DNA of 64,000 nt from Macrostomum lignano. Lineage: Eukaryota. Shown here one piece after another: positions 12,366 to 24,802 of the stretch (the first letter of the stretch is position 1; the number at the start of each line of letters is the position of its first letter). The stretch covers positions 1 to 64,000 of the forward strand of contig NIVC01001816.1 in assembly GCA_002269645.1 (NCBI GenBank), read 5' to 3'. The notes beneath the pieces were generated by a model, which saw only the letters and a list, made by a program, of their open reading frames with translations, ran no database searches and had not been told where the DNA came from. Both the position numbers and the translations under genes were made by a program.

Positions 12366-13289
12366 TAAAGATCTTTGGGTTATGACCACCTACCTACAGT
12401 ACAAATATATCCTATTGAGATTGCAAAAAGCCCCCATGCTTTATGTCGTTATGATAATCTTTGTATCTTTGAGGTACTGAGATTTCGGAAGCCCTCTGTC
12501 ACTAAAGGTTTGAAACATCTCGGATTTCTAGGATGACTGAGATGCTTATGTTGGATCTTTGCATCTTTGCATGCTGCCTTGGTGTGACGAATGATAATCT
12601 GCTATATTTGATTTCAATTCGTTGTTCTGCACTTCAGTACTCGAATTGGCATTTTGAGCATCAATTTATGGCTTCAATGCATTTTACCACATAACTCATT
12701 TCAAGCAATATTGCAAATGAGTTACAGTATGTGAATATTGTGTTACTGTGCAAATCGATGCAGTGTAGCTGCAATTATGCTTACAAAATGAAATAAATTA
12801 AGTCGTCCATTTGATTTGCTTTCGTCTGGAAATTTGTTTCTTTGTAGTTTTTTATCGATAAGTTCTTACCTTTAAATTCGTAAGCGCATGTAAAAATGTG
12901 TTCAGTAGATTAGATTGGTTAGTAAATTACTTCAAGTGAGTAGCTACCTATTGATAGTTGAATCCAACAGCTTGACACAGTGCGTTACTGTAAGTAGTGC
13001 ATGTGGGATTTTGCCAATATAATAAAACAGGGTCAACACCGAATACAATAAGCCTAATATTAAACTTATAAAATAATTTTTTATCTTCGTTAGAGGTGCA
13101 CGCTTAATTAACGGGAGAAAAAAGAACGTTAAAAGTAATACTTATATGGCCTGATTTAGTCTGTTACACTTGGTAATGGTAAAATATCGCTTAAGGATTT
13201 GATAGAGACCAGAATTTTCTGAATGTGCATGGTATAACTACGAATCTACGGTGTAAGGGTATAATGTAGGTTTAACAATAAGTTCGTCG

Positions 13290-13375
13290 ATCTGAATATG
13301 AAAAGTCCGTCAACTGAATATGAAAAGTCCGTCCATCTGAATATGAAATGTCCGTCTATCTGAATATAAGAAGTC
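13290..13375. repeat. Short 24-bp tandem repeat (tctgaatatgaaaagtccgtc...) x~4
   Basis: Visible just 3' of channel 2. Confidence 0.8.
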
Positions 13376-13458
13376 CATCTGTCTTTCTGTCCGCGTCTGT
13401 CTGCTCTTGTTTGAAATTGATCGGTTATTCTTGTAAATTAATAATCAAAGTTATTGCG

Positions 13459-16400
13459 TTAATGCTTATTTAACGGCACGGAATTTTCGGCAGCTTCACC
13501 CTGTTGTCCGCCGGTGCCAGTCGCGGCCTTTGCGGCAGCAGCAGCGGCAGCAGCAGTGGCAGCTATCTCAGCCTTGGTTGCCCTAGCGTTGATGCGCCAC
13601 CAATTCCACCAGTCGGCGACCCGTTTGCAGTAAGCCAGGCCCACGTAGACAGCTAGTTCTAGCAGTTCGCAGAATGTCAAAAGCGATATGCCGCACCATA
13701 GGCCCAGAGCGCCGCCCATCTCGGCTAGTAGATTATTAGCCGTGTAGGAGATCTCCTCCTCGATCATTAGACCGTGTTCAACCGCACTGCCGATTGTTAT
13801 CCAAACTAGATTGCTTCTAGCCGCGTCGATCATTTGTTGCATTGTCTGCACAATACTGGCATTCTCCGTTGTTGAAATGGATCTGGCTTTCTCGTGTGTG
13901 TAGAATAGCATTGATAGGCCAAGCTCCGGGCTGACTGTCTTGGGAAAGCCTTTCAGCGTGAGCAGCTTTTGCAGGGTTGTCATGAATCCATGGTAGAATA
14001 TGTCCGGCCAGTATTTGTTAATCTGTTTAATGAAGGATAGGGTTGAGACTAAAATAATATTTTGTTCCATTCATTGGTAAGACAAATAAAAGTAATCATG
14101 AATGCTAGATTTCTACTGTTTTTACTTTTACTGATTTACTAATGCGTATGTTTATCTGGGTCGCTAGACATGTTATTCATTTGTCGCTTTTGAGTCATGT
14201 TCAAACCCTTTGAGTCGTGTTAACCATATCGCCTTTAATTTTCTAAAAGACGAGTGAGTGCATCACACAAGTTTTTGTCTTTCGAGAAGCTTCGAAGTCT
14301 TCTTTGGCTGAAAAACCACAATCTGCAAAAAGTTTGTTTGATGTAAGATCTAATCTGCTTTTTGTCGGATTTTCTTTCATTAGCTTATTAGTACGCGCAA
14401 ACTTTTCGATTGTTTCTTCGTGATCAATCTGACTGTACTTAGCATGTCGGTGCAGAGAAGGGCTTGTTTTAGTCATACCTTAATTAGTTGCGAGTGGTCA
14501 TTTGAATGAAATTAAAAAGCTTACCGTTGACGTCTACAACTTACCTGTTGGATGTTGTAGCGCTCAATCTCGCAATTGACAGTGCAATGATTCCAGCCTT
14601 CGCTGCTAATGTCTTCCAGACTGTTGATTAACTCGGCAGAACAGGCGTCGTCTTTAATAAGCCTGCGCATCGCCGGCCCATAGTCGTCCGTGCCGCTCTT
14701 ATTCCATTGGTAGCACCACGGATACTTTAGGTACTTGGTTGGTATTGGCAGAAAGTATGGTAGACACTCGCAACGTTTAATGAACTTCGCCAAAACGTAG
14801 TCATTGATGCAGGTTTCTTGTGTGTTTCGGAATTTCATCGTTAGGTTGTTAACATCGCTGCAAAAAAGTGCAATCAGTTCTTACATGTTTATAGTAGAAC
14901 ATCAAGTTTGAATGAGTTCTACCTAATCAGCATCCGGTCTCACATTTCACAAAAATTCGTGTTTTACGCAGACTCTGTCGGCGTATCTACTGATTTCTAT
15001 GTAAAGTGGATAAGGTATGGCTAATCTGTATAATCTCTTCTGTATGAGCATACAGATACTACATAGGTTTCAAAAGAGCGCTTAGTCTTATTAGGGAATT
15101 CATCTCGCATATCTTTCCAGTGAAGTTATAGACCTGCTTACCCATACGACGGATCTAGATTATCCATAGTTTCCGTCAGTTTGTTCTGTCTGTCCATCTG
15201 CCGGTCCTTTATTGGTCTACCCTCTGAAGACCAGGTAGGAATGAAATACTCAACGCTATCTTGATCGTCAGTTTGTTCCGAGACGATACAATTCGAATCT
15301 TTAACAGGTACGCGTTTGTTTCTCTCGTAAGCAATCTTGAACTCAATGTGGCTGCCAGTGTTAGCCGTGTGAGCCTGGCCAATTACTGGAAAATGTCCTG
15401 GTGGTAGGATAAATGTGTAATAACCGGCTTGCCGTAATTCTTCCCGACTAGCCGGTCCAGCTACTATGCCTTTTATGTGCTCATAGCTTGGTGTTGTCTG
15501 GCCTTTATAGCTGTGATCGTCCGCGAATAGTCGAATGTTTAACTTTCGTCTCGCTTGCTGCTTCGGGGTTAGGCCACGTAGGAAGCGTTCGCTTTTGAAC
15601 TTGAAACAAGCCCCGTAGTACGGATGGTGCAGGGTATCGAAGTCTGCCGAAGTGCACTTCACCGAGCCGAACTGGCAGTCCAGTATTTCTGACTTGCTCT
15701 CGTGACCAAGTAGTTTAGAAAGTATGTACGGCTTGTGTTTTATGTGCATAACTCCGTAGATGCTCTGTATGTTATTGGCTGAAATCCGTTGTATTTTTCG
15801 ATTAGTTAAGATGAATACGGTGTTGTCAGAGTAACTGCGAATATGGAATTACTTTTAACTACTTATTAAGCTTACCGTACATAGTTCTGCAAAGCTTACC
15901 GCAGCTGTGAATCGCGCAAAACTCCTTGCTAATGTTGCCGCCTTGACCGGACACCAGGCACCAAGGTTGATTTTCAATATCGGCAATCTCCTCGCCATCT
16001 ATAAATAGTGAGCTGTCGCTTCTCCATCCTAGCTGTGCAGACCTGTCTTTGTACAGAACGACAGCTGAACGGCACATATTGTGCATTTTGGACGTGTTCT
16101 TTATCTCTGGTAGAAAAACTTTATATTCAAAGTTGGCATTAAGATTTCTATAGTGCGCGTCAAGTCGTTTGTTCTGCAGATCGGCCCAGTTCAAGCATGG
16201 CTTGCCAGACTTTGAAATACTAATGTTTCCCATGTAGATTGGCTTGTTTGATTCCTGCGTGACGCACTCGGTCTCTGGACGATGGTTCATGGCTGAAAAA
16301 GTAAGATGCAAGTTCTAACCGTTCACAAACAGCTCTGAATTTAAAAAGATTTGCGATTTTTATCCATTTATATTTGAGCTATAATGAAAGAATTTATTTT

Positions 16401-17783
16401 TGTTTCAGTAGTTTTAGTGATATGTAAAAATGCGAACGTTTTGGTAAAGGAGCTTTAATATACAAAGGTTAACTGAAGTCTACTTCATTTGCGCTGAAAA
16501 AAATCTTCCCATTATCAAAAACTCACCGCAAACCGGCGTGCCACAGTAGTTAAAATCCACCTGACCTGAACTTGTTCTGTGAAAACAGCCTGGCCCTTGC
16601 GATTCAAAAGTGATGGCTTGGATAAGATTGTTTGTAGTGCCTGTAAAAGAGGGTTCGATTTATGAGAGAGGGGTGTCTTGTTTCAATCGATGTAGATGAA
16701 ATCAAAGCGTCACTTACCAATCGATTTCTTAAACGCATGTACAGTCCAATGATCGAATGGTGGCGTTCTGCATCGACTGTGATTCCAATCTGGCGCCAGC
16801 TTTGATATGTTGTTGTTAAATAACTGGTGCAGTTCGCGTCTAGCCTGACTCCAGTTAATACACCGAGAGCGTTTTGTCACGAGCGTGTTGAGGTCGTAGA
16901 CTAACGCTTCGCTTGTGACGCCTTCAAACTCCAAGCCAGCCAACGTGTGGCGACAAATTGTCAGATCTTCTGAAAAGGCATTAGTGGTTTGAATTAAAAT
17001 TTCATGAGCTCTTAGCGCAGTTTTTATTTTATAAATGCGCTTAGTGATTAATTAGTTTCTCCTTGCGCCTTATTGCATATAAATATGGCTTAAACGGCAT
17101 GTTAACCAACGCGGGAAGACTTAGCCAAAGCATAAAGTAACTTTATAGCTTAGTCACCGCTTGAGTAATAAAACTTTGCCTCAATAAACAAGCATATTGC
17201 TTGCATCATTACCATGATTGTACTGCAGCATGGCATCTGTTATGTTTCTCTGCCATTTGACCAACTCTTCATTAAGCGCTTTAACGTGTGCAGTCTCTTC
17301 GGGGTTCTCCACTTCATTTCGTAGTAGACTCATATAGTCTTGCATTTCAGTGGCCCTGTAGATGCTCGCGTACCGACCGGTGTTGCTAATAGGATTGAGT
17401 GCCTTACTGTAGCTGACGGGATTGGTGTTGCACAGATAGATGTCCGGATAGCGGAAGTCAATGTTTGGATCTAGCTTAGTTGATCGCGGCTGGTTAAAAA
17501 ACGTGCTCATCAGTAGTATTGTATGCAACGATAAACCAGTGTAAGCGCATAGGATGAACACTATCCATAGTAAGCGACCAACGTTGCCTCTTGTTGATGT
17601 CGTCAGTCTAGCCAGTCCATGGGCCGTTGTATAAGCTGCGAATGCCTTCAAGAAGCCTTCACTTTGATCTTTTCCGCTGCTGTCCTCCTCAACTAATTGT
17701 TGCATGCTTAATGGTGTTGTTTTGATAGTTTCTTGATCAGTGTGAGTTTGACTAGCTGTTACACGGCTCTGCTGGTGATGCAT
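13459..17783 (-). CDS. DEG/ENaC channel subunit 2 with inserted kringle; exons 17783-17213, 16969-16718, 16292-15900, 15778-15142, 14857-14545, 14022-13459; 909 aa
   Basis: TTAHG, TM1, YPDIYLCNTNP, LGHESKSEILDCQFG...HPYYGACF, thumb Cys, YWP, TM2 AEMGGALGLWCGIS. All introns GT-AG and phase-compatible; total 2730 nt is divisible by 3. Confidence 0.9.
15900..16292 (-). other. Kringle-domain exon (393 nt, phase 1-1) within channel 2
   Basis: C...YMGNISISKSGKPCLNW...HNMCR...PWCL...EFCAIHSC: six Cys and the YxG, SGxxC-xx-W, HNxCR, PWC and ExCxIxxC kringle motifs. Confidence 0.82.
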
Positions 17784-18376
17784 TAATATCCGGAATTTTC
17801 TTTGCTCTGCCTTTGCCTGGCCGCTATTGGTCAGGTAAAGGAAGAGCCCGACACGGCTTGGCTAGCCGGATTGGCTTGGCAGAGATATATGAGCTTGCTT
17901 GCTTGCTGTATCCAGTTCGCAATTGTACAAAGTGATTACTTAGTACTTTTCATAACACGGATGCGTGATTTCTGACTCATTTTTATCGCTTCTAAGCATC
18001 ATTTGTTAGATTTTTCGTAAAACTCAAAGTAGAGAAACTAGCTATATAGTCAATCATAGTGTTTTGCTTTTATGTCGACCGGGTTTTGGAACATAGCCGT
18101 ACTTGATTACTCCATTTTTGACCCTAACATTTCAAGATATCAGTTTGAATATTCTTGAATATTCTTCAATATAGGTTGAAGAATAGAAATTTAGTACGAT
18201 CGTATACGTGCTTAAGATCTAAAATAGTAAGCTGACAGTAATAACTTAGCACTTCTCTGAATAGCTACGCTTGTGTCACGTGTGCTCAAAAAGTTTTTTA
18301 TGAATTGAAACGCAGTTTTTTTCGGGTACAGAGAGCTGACACTCTTGGAGATACGAGAGTAATTTCACCGCTAATA

Positions 18377-19020
18377 TACTTTTTTGCGATTGAATTCGTC
18401 CAAACTGCAAAACCTTTCGTCCACAAATGCTTTCTTAATGGGAGCTAAATTTAGATTATCCATAGACAACTGTGTTCACGCAAAACGGTTCATCCAGTTT
18501 GTAAAACATTTCGTCTAAACCCTTCGTCCAAACAGCTAAACGGAGCGACTTTATTTGATATCACGAGATATTGAACAAAGCAAAAACAGTGTCTCTTGTT
18601 AGAATGTTAGTTCAAAATGTCTTCGTAGTCCAAACAGCGGCCGTAGTAACCCACAGTGTGATTGGTCCATTGCTGGCACTTCTCCTGTGTAATCACGTGC
18701 AGTGCAGCTTCGACCTCTCTCTTCAAAATGTGCATCCGCCAGGCCTCGGTTCATCTTCGACTGTTTTGCCGGGTTCAGAATAGAAGATATGCGTTACTGT
18801 AGCTGTAGTGGTAGCAAAAGCAAACTGTCAATTGGGTGTTAACTATGGTAGGAACAGTACACTCGGTCTCTAGTCTAGGGGACGAAATGTTTTACAAACT
18901 GGATGAACCGTTTTGCGTGAACACAGTTGTCTATGGTATGATCTAAATTTAGCTCCCATTAAGAAAGCATTTGTGGACGAAAGGTTTTGCAGTTTGAACG
19001 AATTCAATCGCAAAAAAGTA
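18377..19020. mobile_element. Non-autonomous DNA transposon with ~140-bp TIRs, TA-flanked (Tc1/mariner-like)
   Basis: 18377-18515 is the near-perfect reverse complement of 18881-19020; TA at 18375 and 19021; internal minus-strand GKTVEDEPRPG resembles the mariner EDEPRSGRP motif. Confidence 0.78.
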
Positions 19021-19260
19021 TACTATATTACAATCCCTAGCACTGTCGGTAGTGTAGTAATTAATACGCTTCTAACACAAATCGATAGAACATCTGGTAA
19101 TATTCCGCTCACAAAAGGCACGTTATGGTGAAATGGTTAAGGATGTAATTAAGCTAAGTAACACGATTCATTTATTTTTTGGTTTTATTTATTCTTACAA
19201 TAAATATTTCAGATTAGAAAGCCGATATAAATTGCAAAACATACGCGCAACAAAAATTAC

Positions 19261-22200
19261 GATGGCGAATTCGTCGTCCGATACAAGCCGGAAAAATGTA
19301 ATTGAATTAAACGACAACAAAGCCGGCATGACCGGCATAGATAAAGCCCGCATTAGTCAGATTATTGAAGAGGCGTCGCGAGGCTCAAAGTTCTACCAGC
19401 GTCAACAGGCTAAAAGGCAGGCTGATGCTAAACGAGCCGAAGAAACTCGACGGAAAATTGACGCGCTTTCCAGAGAAGCCCTGCAAGCTGGCGAGCGGGC
19501 CGGAGACGCCGAGATCCGACGGGCCGTGTCCGCGGCAGATTTCAGTCGGACACACGTCCACATCGACATGGACGCCTTCTATGCGGCTGTTGAAATGCTG
19601 GATAATCCAAGATTGAGACACGTGCCAATGGCTGTTGGCGGTAACGATATGCTTAGCACTAGTAACTATGCTGCTAGAAGGTTCGGAGTTCGAGCCGCTA
19701 TGCCAGGCTTTATTGCCAAGAAGCTTTGTCCGCAACTAGTCATTGTGCCCTGTCGGTTTCGGAGGTACGTATTGATTTTTTGTGATGATCTAGTAATCAA
19801 GTGGAAGCTTTCTATTGTTTTTTTTTCAATGAGCTCTGCCGTTCCTGTTAACGTTTAATTAAAAAATTGTCCAGAGATTTCTTGGAGAAATTTCTAGAAT
19901 TTTATTCCCTTTGAAGGATTACTTTTGAGACTCGATATTGCACTGGCCTGGATTTTCAATTGTTTGGCCTTTTTCCCTTTGTTTGACAGTCACGTGTTTA
20001 TCTAATCTTCAGAGCAGTTCATTTCGGTTTTTTAATTAATTTTTCTTCAGATACAAAGAAGTCAGCCGCCAAGTGCAAGCTGTTCTGGCTGATTACGATC
20101 CTCAATTTTCGGCTGCTAGTCTTGATGAAGCTTATTTGGACATCACCGATCATTTAGCTAATAGACAGGCAATCAATTTGCTACCCGGGCCTAAGGCCAC
20201 CTGTCAGTGTTCGATTTCGGATTGTCATGTCGAACAGAATTCGCCAGACTCGAATATCGCTTCAACTTTACAACCGGCTTTTTGCACCAACTCGAATTCA
20301 GATTCAAATGCGGACGCTTTGGCCGATGCAAGCTGTAGCGAAGATTCTGACTCGGATGCGGATTCGAATGTTAAGACGGACATGGATGCTGAGGTAGATG
20401 CGGATTCGAATGTTGAGACGGACGCGGATGCTGAGGTAGATGCGGATTCGAATGTTAAGACGGACGCAGATGCTGAGGTAGATGCGGATGTTAACGCAAA
20501 TCCGGATGCTGAAGTAGATGATGTTATCAAGGCAGTAGACGCTAACGATGAGTGCTTTGATCCCAAAGCGGGAACAGACGATCGCAATCGCGTCTGTCCC
20601 AATTGTCATCTCGCGGCGCTATCGGGTAGGCGCCAATTCGGCGCTAGCGCCACTGAAGCTGTAGCGGAATTGCGCTATCGAGTATTCATCTCCAGCAGCC
20701 TGACCGCAAGCGCTGGCATCGGGCCGAATCCTATGGTAGCCAAAATTGGTTCAGATTTTAACAAGCCCAACGGTCAATACCGAGTTGCCGGTAGCTCAGA
20801 CCGGGTGCTGGAGTTTATTAGGCAACTTCCGGTTAGAAAAGTGCCCGGAATTGGTCGCGTAACCGAGGCCTGGTTAAACAGTCTTGGTGTGTCAACTTGC
20901 CGGGATTTGTACGAACAGCGTGGCGCTTTGTACCACGCCTGCCGGCCGCTCACTTATCAATTCTATATGCGGGCCTGCCTTGGCCTTTCTGGTGGATTTG
21001 GCTATGGGGTAAGCTTCGCATCAATCAGGGATATTAACAATGGAAAGTTGTACGCACTTTGGCGCAGCGCCTTCGGCGATACCGTCTCGCAGCTAGCGCT
21101 GAAGCAATTGGCGCTGACTCCTGAGCCAATGCTGTTCGCAGGCACACACTCACACAGGATGTACAGCATCCCTGACTTTCTTATCTTCAGGCATTTAGGT
21201 TCGTCCTCGTGGCTGTGAATTGCATGATGTAGCAACTTGTGAAAGGAATAAGGCAGAGCTAGGCGGTGGGTGGTTCGCCTTCGGTTTGTTTCTCTTGTTA
21301 GCACTTGAGTTTCTTGGAGTGTAGAAGAAAGAAGCTTGGAGAAAAAAACTGATTTAGCTACTATATAATCAATATCTAGTATTAAATTTAAATTTGGCCT
21401 TCCGGAAATTTCTAGAATCATTTTAGTAAAGTAAAACAAATTCTATAGTTAGTATAGTCCGTACGGTATTCATATTTTGCATGATGATAAATTACAGTAA
21501 TTAAACATCTATTGAGTATAAATATTTGCTACGAAATTAGAAATAGCTACAGAGAGAAGTTTCTAGAATTTATCTCGTACTCTATCGCAGAATTTTATAC
21601 TCGTAGAAATAAACATCGTACGGTGTAGAAATTTCGCGAAGGTCACTACAATGACAGCCTCAGCCTCAAACTTCAAATCTATGTAGTCATACTAAATGCG
21701 CTTAAAGGAATAAATATATATCAGCGTTGGAATTTTCTATACGTTTGCTTAGGCCTAAAACTGTAGCAAAATGGCCCAGCCAGAGAGCTCAGTTGCCAGT
21801 CCAGATTTCTAAGTTTAGGCGTCCTTGTCCATCGTGACCATCTGTTGCATTCATTTGAGTTTATCTCTGACTCTGACGAATCTGTCAGCTTATCTGTAAT
21901 ATAGTATCTGCCTGTCAATTTTGGTGTATATCTTGCACTGTTTCGTTGATTTTCATTTTTGAAAATCTGGATGGTTTTTTTTCAAATAAGTATTCTAAAT
22001 ATAGCTTGAGTCTTGGTCTTGATTTAACAAAGGATCAAATTTAAAGGGGAATTCCAGTTGCTCATCGACACATGAAAGTTCAAGAACACAGGGTACTTTT
22101 ATATTTCGTCAATCCTCTAACGTACGCAATAGTTTTCATCGTGACTTTTAGGCTTTTGCGTGGAAATTGGCCAGTCTGGGGCTTGGCGTGCGATTCACGC

Positions 22201-23826
22201 CTCTAAGGGCCAAACCCCCAAGGCACAGAATGTGTACATACTCGTACCTGACGGAAATAGTATGCCTGAATACTTATCTGTGTACCTGTGTGTGGTCAAG
22301 TTCGTGAGCGCTCGTACAGCAGGATCCGTGCTATTTGGGACAAGAAGATTGTTGCGACAGTTTCAATAATTGCGTCCCAGAATTCAGATTCGCAGAAGGA
22401 ATCAAATCATAAAAGAAGCACAGAAAAGTGGGGTTAGTGGCAAAGAAATAAGAAGTCTGTTAGAGACTTATTGGAACGTCAGTGGTTTAGTCCTCTTTGG
22501 AGAATTTCTCCAGAAATATTTAGATATTCCTACTTTAAGTAGTTTTCAAGCGCGTTGCACAACATTACAGCAGTTTTTCTGTTTGAGTGCACAAAATATT
22601 AGTTCAAGCCAGGCTTGTATCTAAGCTGTAATACTTTGCTAGGCTTCTAGAAAGTATGCCAGAATCAGGAGGGCTCAGAAAAAGTGTAGCGGGTTATAAA
22701 TAAATTGGAGCATTGGAGAAGACCGGTAGGACTTGTTGATCACACACTGTATGTGGCAAGGACTATGGCAGTGCTGTTAAGTCACCACATGCATACGAGT
22801 ATTTATGCTGCTAGAAGCTACTTTAACAAAAAATGTTTTTGTTAAAAAATGCATTTTTCTCATCATATTCAGACAGAACAGTCAAGCAGCTCAGTTAGCA
22901 GCGAAACGGACCCCGATAGGAAAAGTGTCAGCGTTGAGCGAACCTTTCAAGCTACTGACAGTTTAACCTGGCTACTAGACGAGAAACTTCCGGAGCTGTG
23001 CGAATCTCTTGTGCGACACCTGACCAAGTCCGGCTTCCTTGGTCGAACGGTGACTATTAAATTAAAGCTGGACACGTTCGAGGTGCTCACTAGAAGTCAC
23101 GGCTTGCCCTCGGCTACGGATTCTGTGCAGGCGATCCAATCAGCTGCCGCGGCTTTGCTGCGCCAGGAGTTCCTGCCGGGACGTCCTGCACCGCGTATTC
23201 GCTTGCTGGGCGTCCGGGTGTCCTCGTTGACGCCTAGGAAGGCCGTCATTGCTGACTGCAGCAGCGGTGTCGGCAGTGCAGGACCAAAGCAGGCTCGGTT
23301 AGATGAGCTGCTCGTCAGATCGACAAAGACTATCGCTGAAACGTCAACAAAGACCAATACTACTGCGGCTGTTTGTTCCTCCAGTTCTAACGAAACTGTT
23401 TCAAAATCGTCTACGCCAGTGACGAGTTCAACATCAGAAAACGCATCGAAATTCAACTTAGTTGAATCAACGAGCGTTGAAACAAAGACTAGCGCCAGTA
23501 GTGCTAGCGAATCTGCACTGTCATGCCCAATCTGCTCAGCGTCGCAGCCAGGCGGCCTAGCGGGTCTCAATCGTCATCTGGACTTTTGTTTAAGTCGATC
23601 GGCTATTCAAACAGCCGTTAACGATTATTCAAACGATGGCTCGGCGTGCTTCACACCAGGCTCCAACTCTGCTAGTAGTCGGAAACGAATTGAAGCAGCT
23701 TCATCGTCTGGTAGACCTGCCGGTGGATCAGCATCCGGCGGTGGAAAACGAGCCAGGATTGCAGCGGATGGACGAACCGGCGTTGGTACTATTGAGCGTT
23801 ATTTTGCTAAGCCAAAGACTGACTAA
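19261..23826 (+). CDS. POLK: DNA polymerase kappa; exons 19261-19764, 20051-21008, 22873-23826
   Basis: LNDNKAGM N-clasp, HIDMDAFYAAVE, STSNYAARRFGV, SLDEAYLD, little finger RKSVSVERTF, UBZ CPIC...LNRHLDFC, C-terminal PIP-like IERYF. Splice phases consistent. Confidence 0.97.
21055..21260 (-). mobile_element. Degraded copy of SINE family 2 in POLK intron 2
   Basis: gcaggcacacactcacacaggatgtacagc matches 62730-62760. Confidence 0.65.
22190..22300 (+). mobile_element. Fragment of SINE family 2
   Basis: ccccaaggcacagaatgtgtacata matches the family's central motif. Confidence 0.4.
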
Positions 23827-24299
23827 ATCATTGGTGTTGCGCCCGTACGATGTAAGGCAACTTCAAGATAGGTGGGCATTTAAACTAGCTAGATTTTGCG
23901 TTGCATATTGTTCAATCGTGTTTAAATTCGAAATCATTTTGTTTATTTTACCCTATTTTCGTACTTGCGTAAATGCGTTATTTTCAACATTTCGTGTACT
24001 TTTACTATTAGTGGCATTACCTATAATAGTTTACCTAGTATATACATATAAATTACGTTTTATTTATCCAGCGGATAGCAAAAGTGACGCCATTTTTATT
24101 ATCCAGTTGTCTGCGTTTACTTGAACTGTTTGCATTCTAAGATTTTTTCTAAATTGTATTTCATTTATTATTTTAATTTTATGTTCAATCGAGTAAAATA
24201 AATCTGTAAACTTGAATAGATCATCGATCTGTAGCTTATTGATCTTTTTGCATGCAAACTCATTTGTTTATTTTGGTTTTCATTCAGAAAAGAATATGT

Positions 24300-24605
24300 T
24301 AACCCTTAACCTGATCCCTAATCAGGGACAACTGAAACTAGTTAAAATAGTTAGTTTAAGTTGTCCCTGACCCTAATATTTATTCTAAACCCTAATCATA
24401 ACCTTAACCTAACCCTACCCTCAATGATCGGTTATCAAAGTCACTGGCAGTCAAATGTCACTGGTAGTCAAACTGTCACTGGCAGTTAAATGTCACTGGT
24501 AGTCAATTGTCACTGGTAGTCAAATGTCACTGGTAGTCAATTGTCACTGGCAGTCAAATGTCACTGGCAATCAAATGTCACTGGTAGTCAAATGTCATCA
24601 GCAGT
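24300..24605. repeat. Degenerate ccctaa tract with 12-bp hairpin, followed by 17-bp tandem (agtcaaatgtcactggt)
   Basis: tcagggacaact...agttgtccctga inverted pair; about 9 tandem units after it. Confidence 0.75.
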
Positions 24606-24802
24606 CAAAATTTTAAGAACTAAGTTTTTGTAGTTTAATCACGGTAGCTATCCCCAGTAAATTCGAGCTTAAAATGTACGATTTCGCTGTGTTTGATCAA
24701 TATAATGCTCTAATTTTGCAATAGTTGTCTCAATTTCCTGTTCATGAAAGGACAGAAGGAGACCCATACAAACATTTTTTAAAAAGCAACAGCAACAAAA
24801 TC

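Noticed and set aside
14243-14476. 77-aa ORF as an extra channel 2 exon
   Set aside because: Its best acceptor is phase 1 while the upstream donor is phase 0, and exons 5 and 6 already join as YNIQQ|INKYWP.
21009-21218. POLK ORF read-through to 21218 as real C-terminus
   Set aside because: Sequence after the ggg|gtaagc donor is intronic SINE; the little finger and UBZ follow at 22873.
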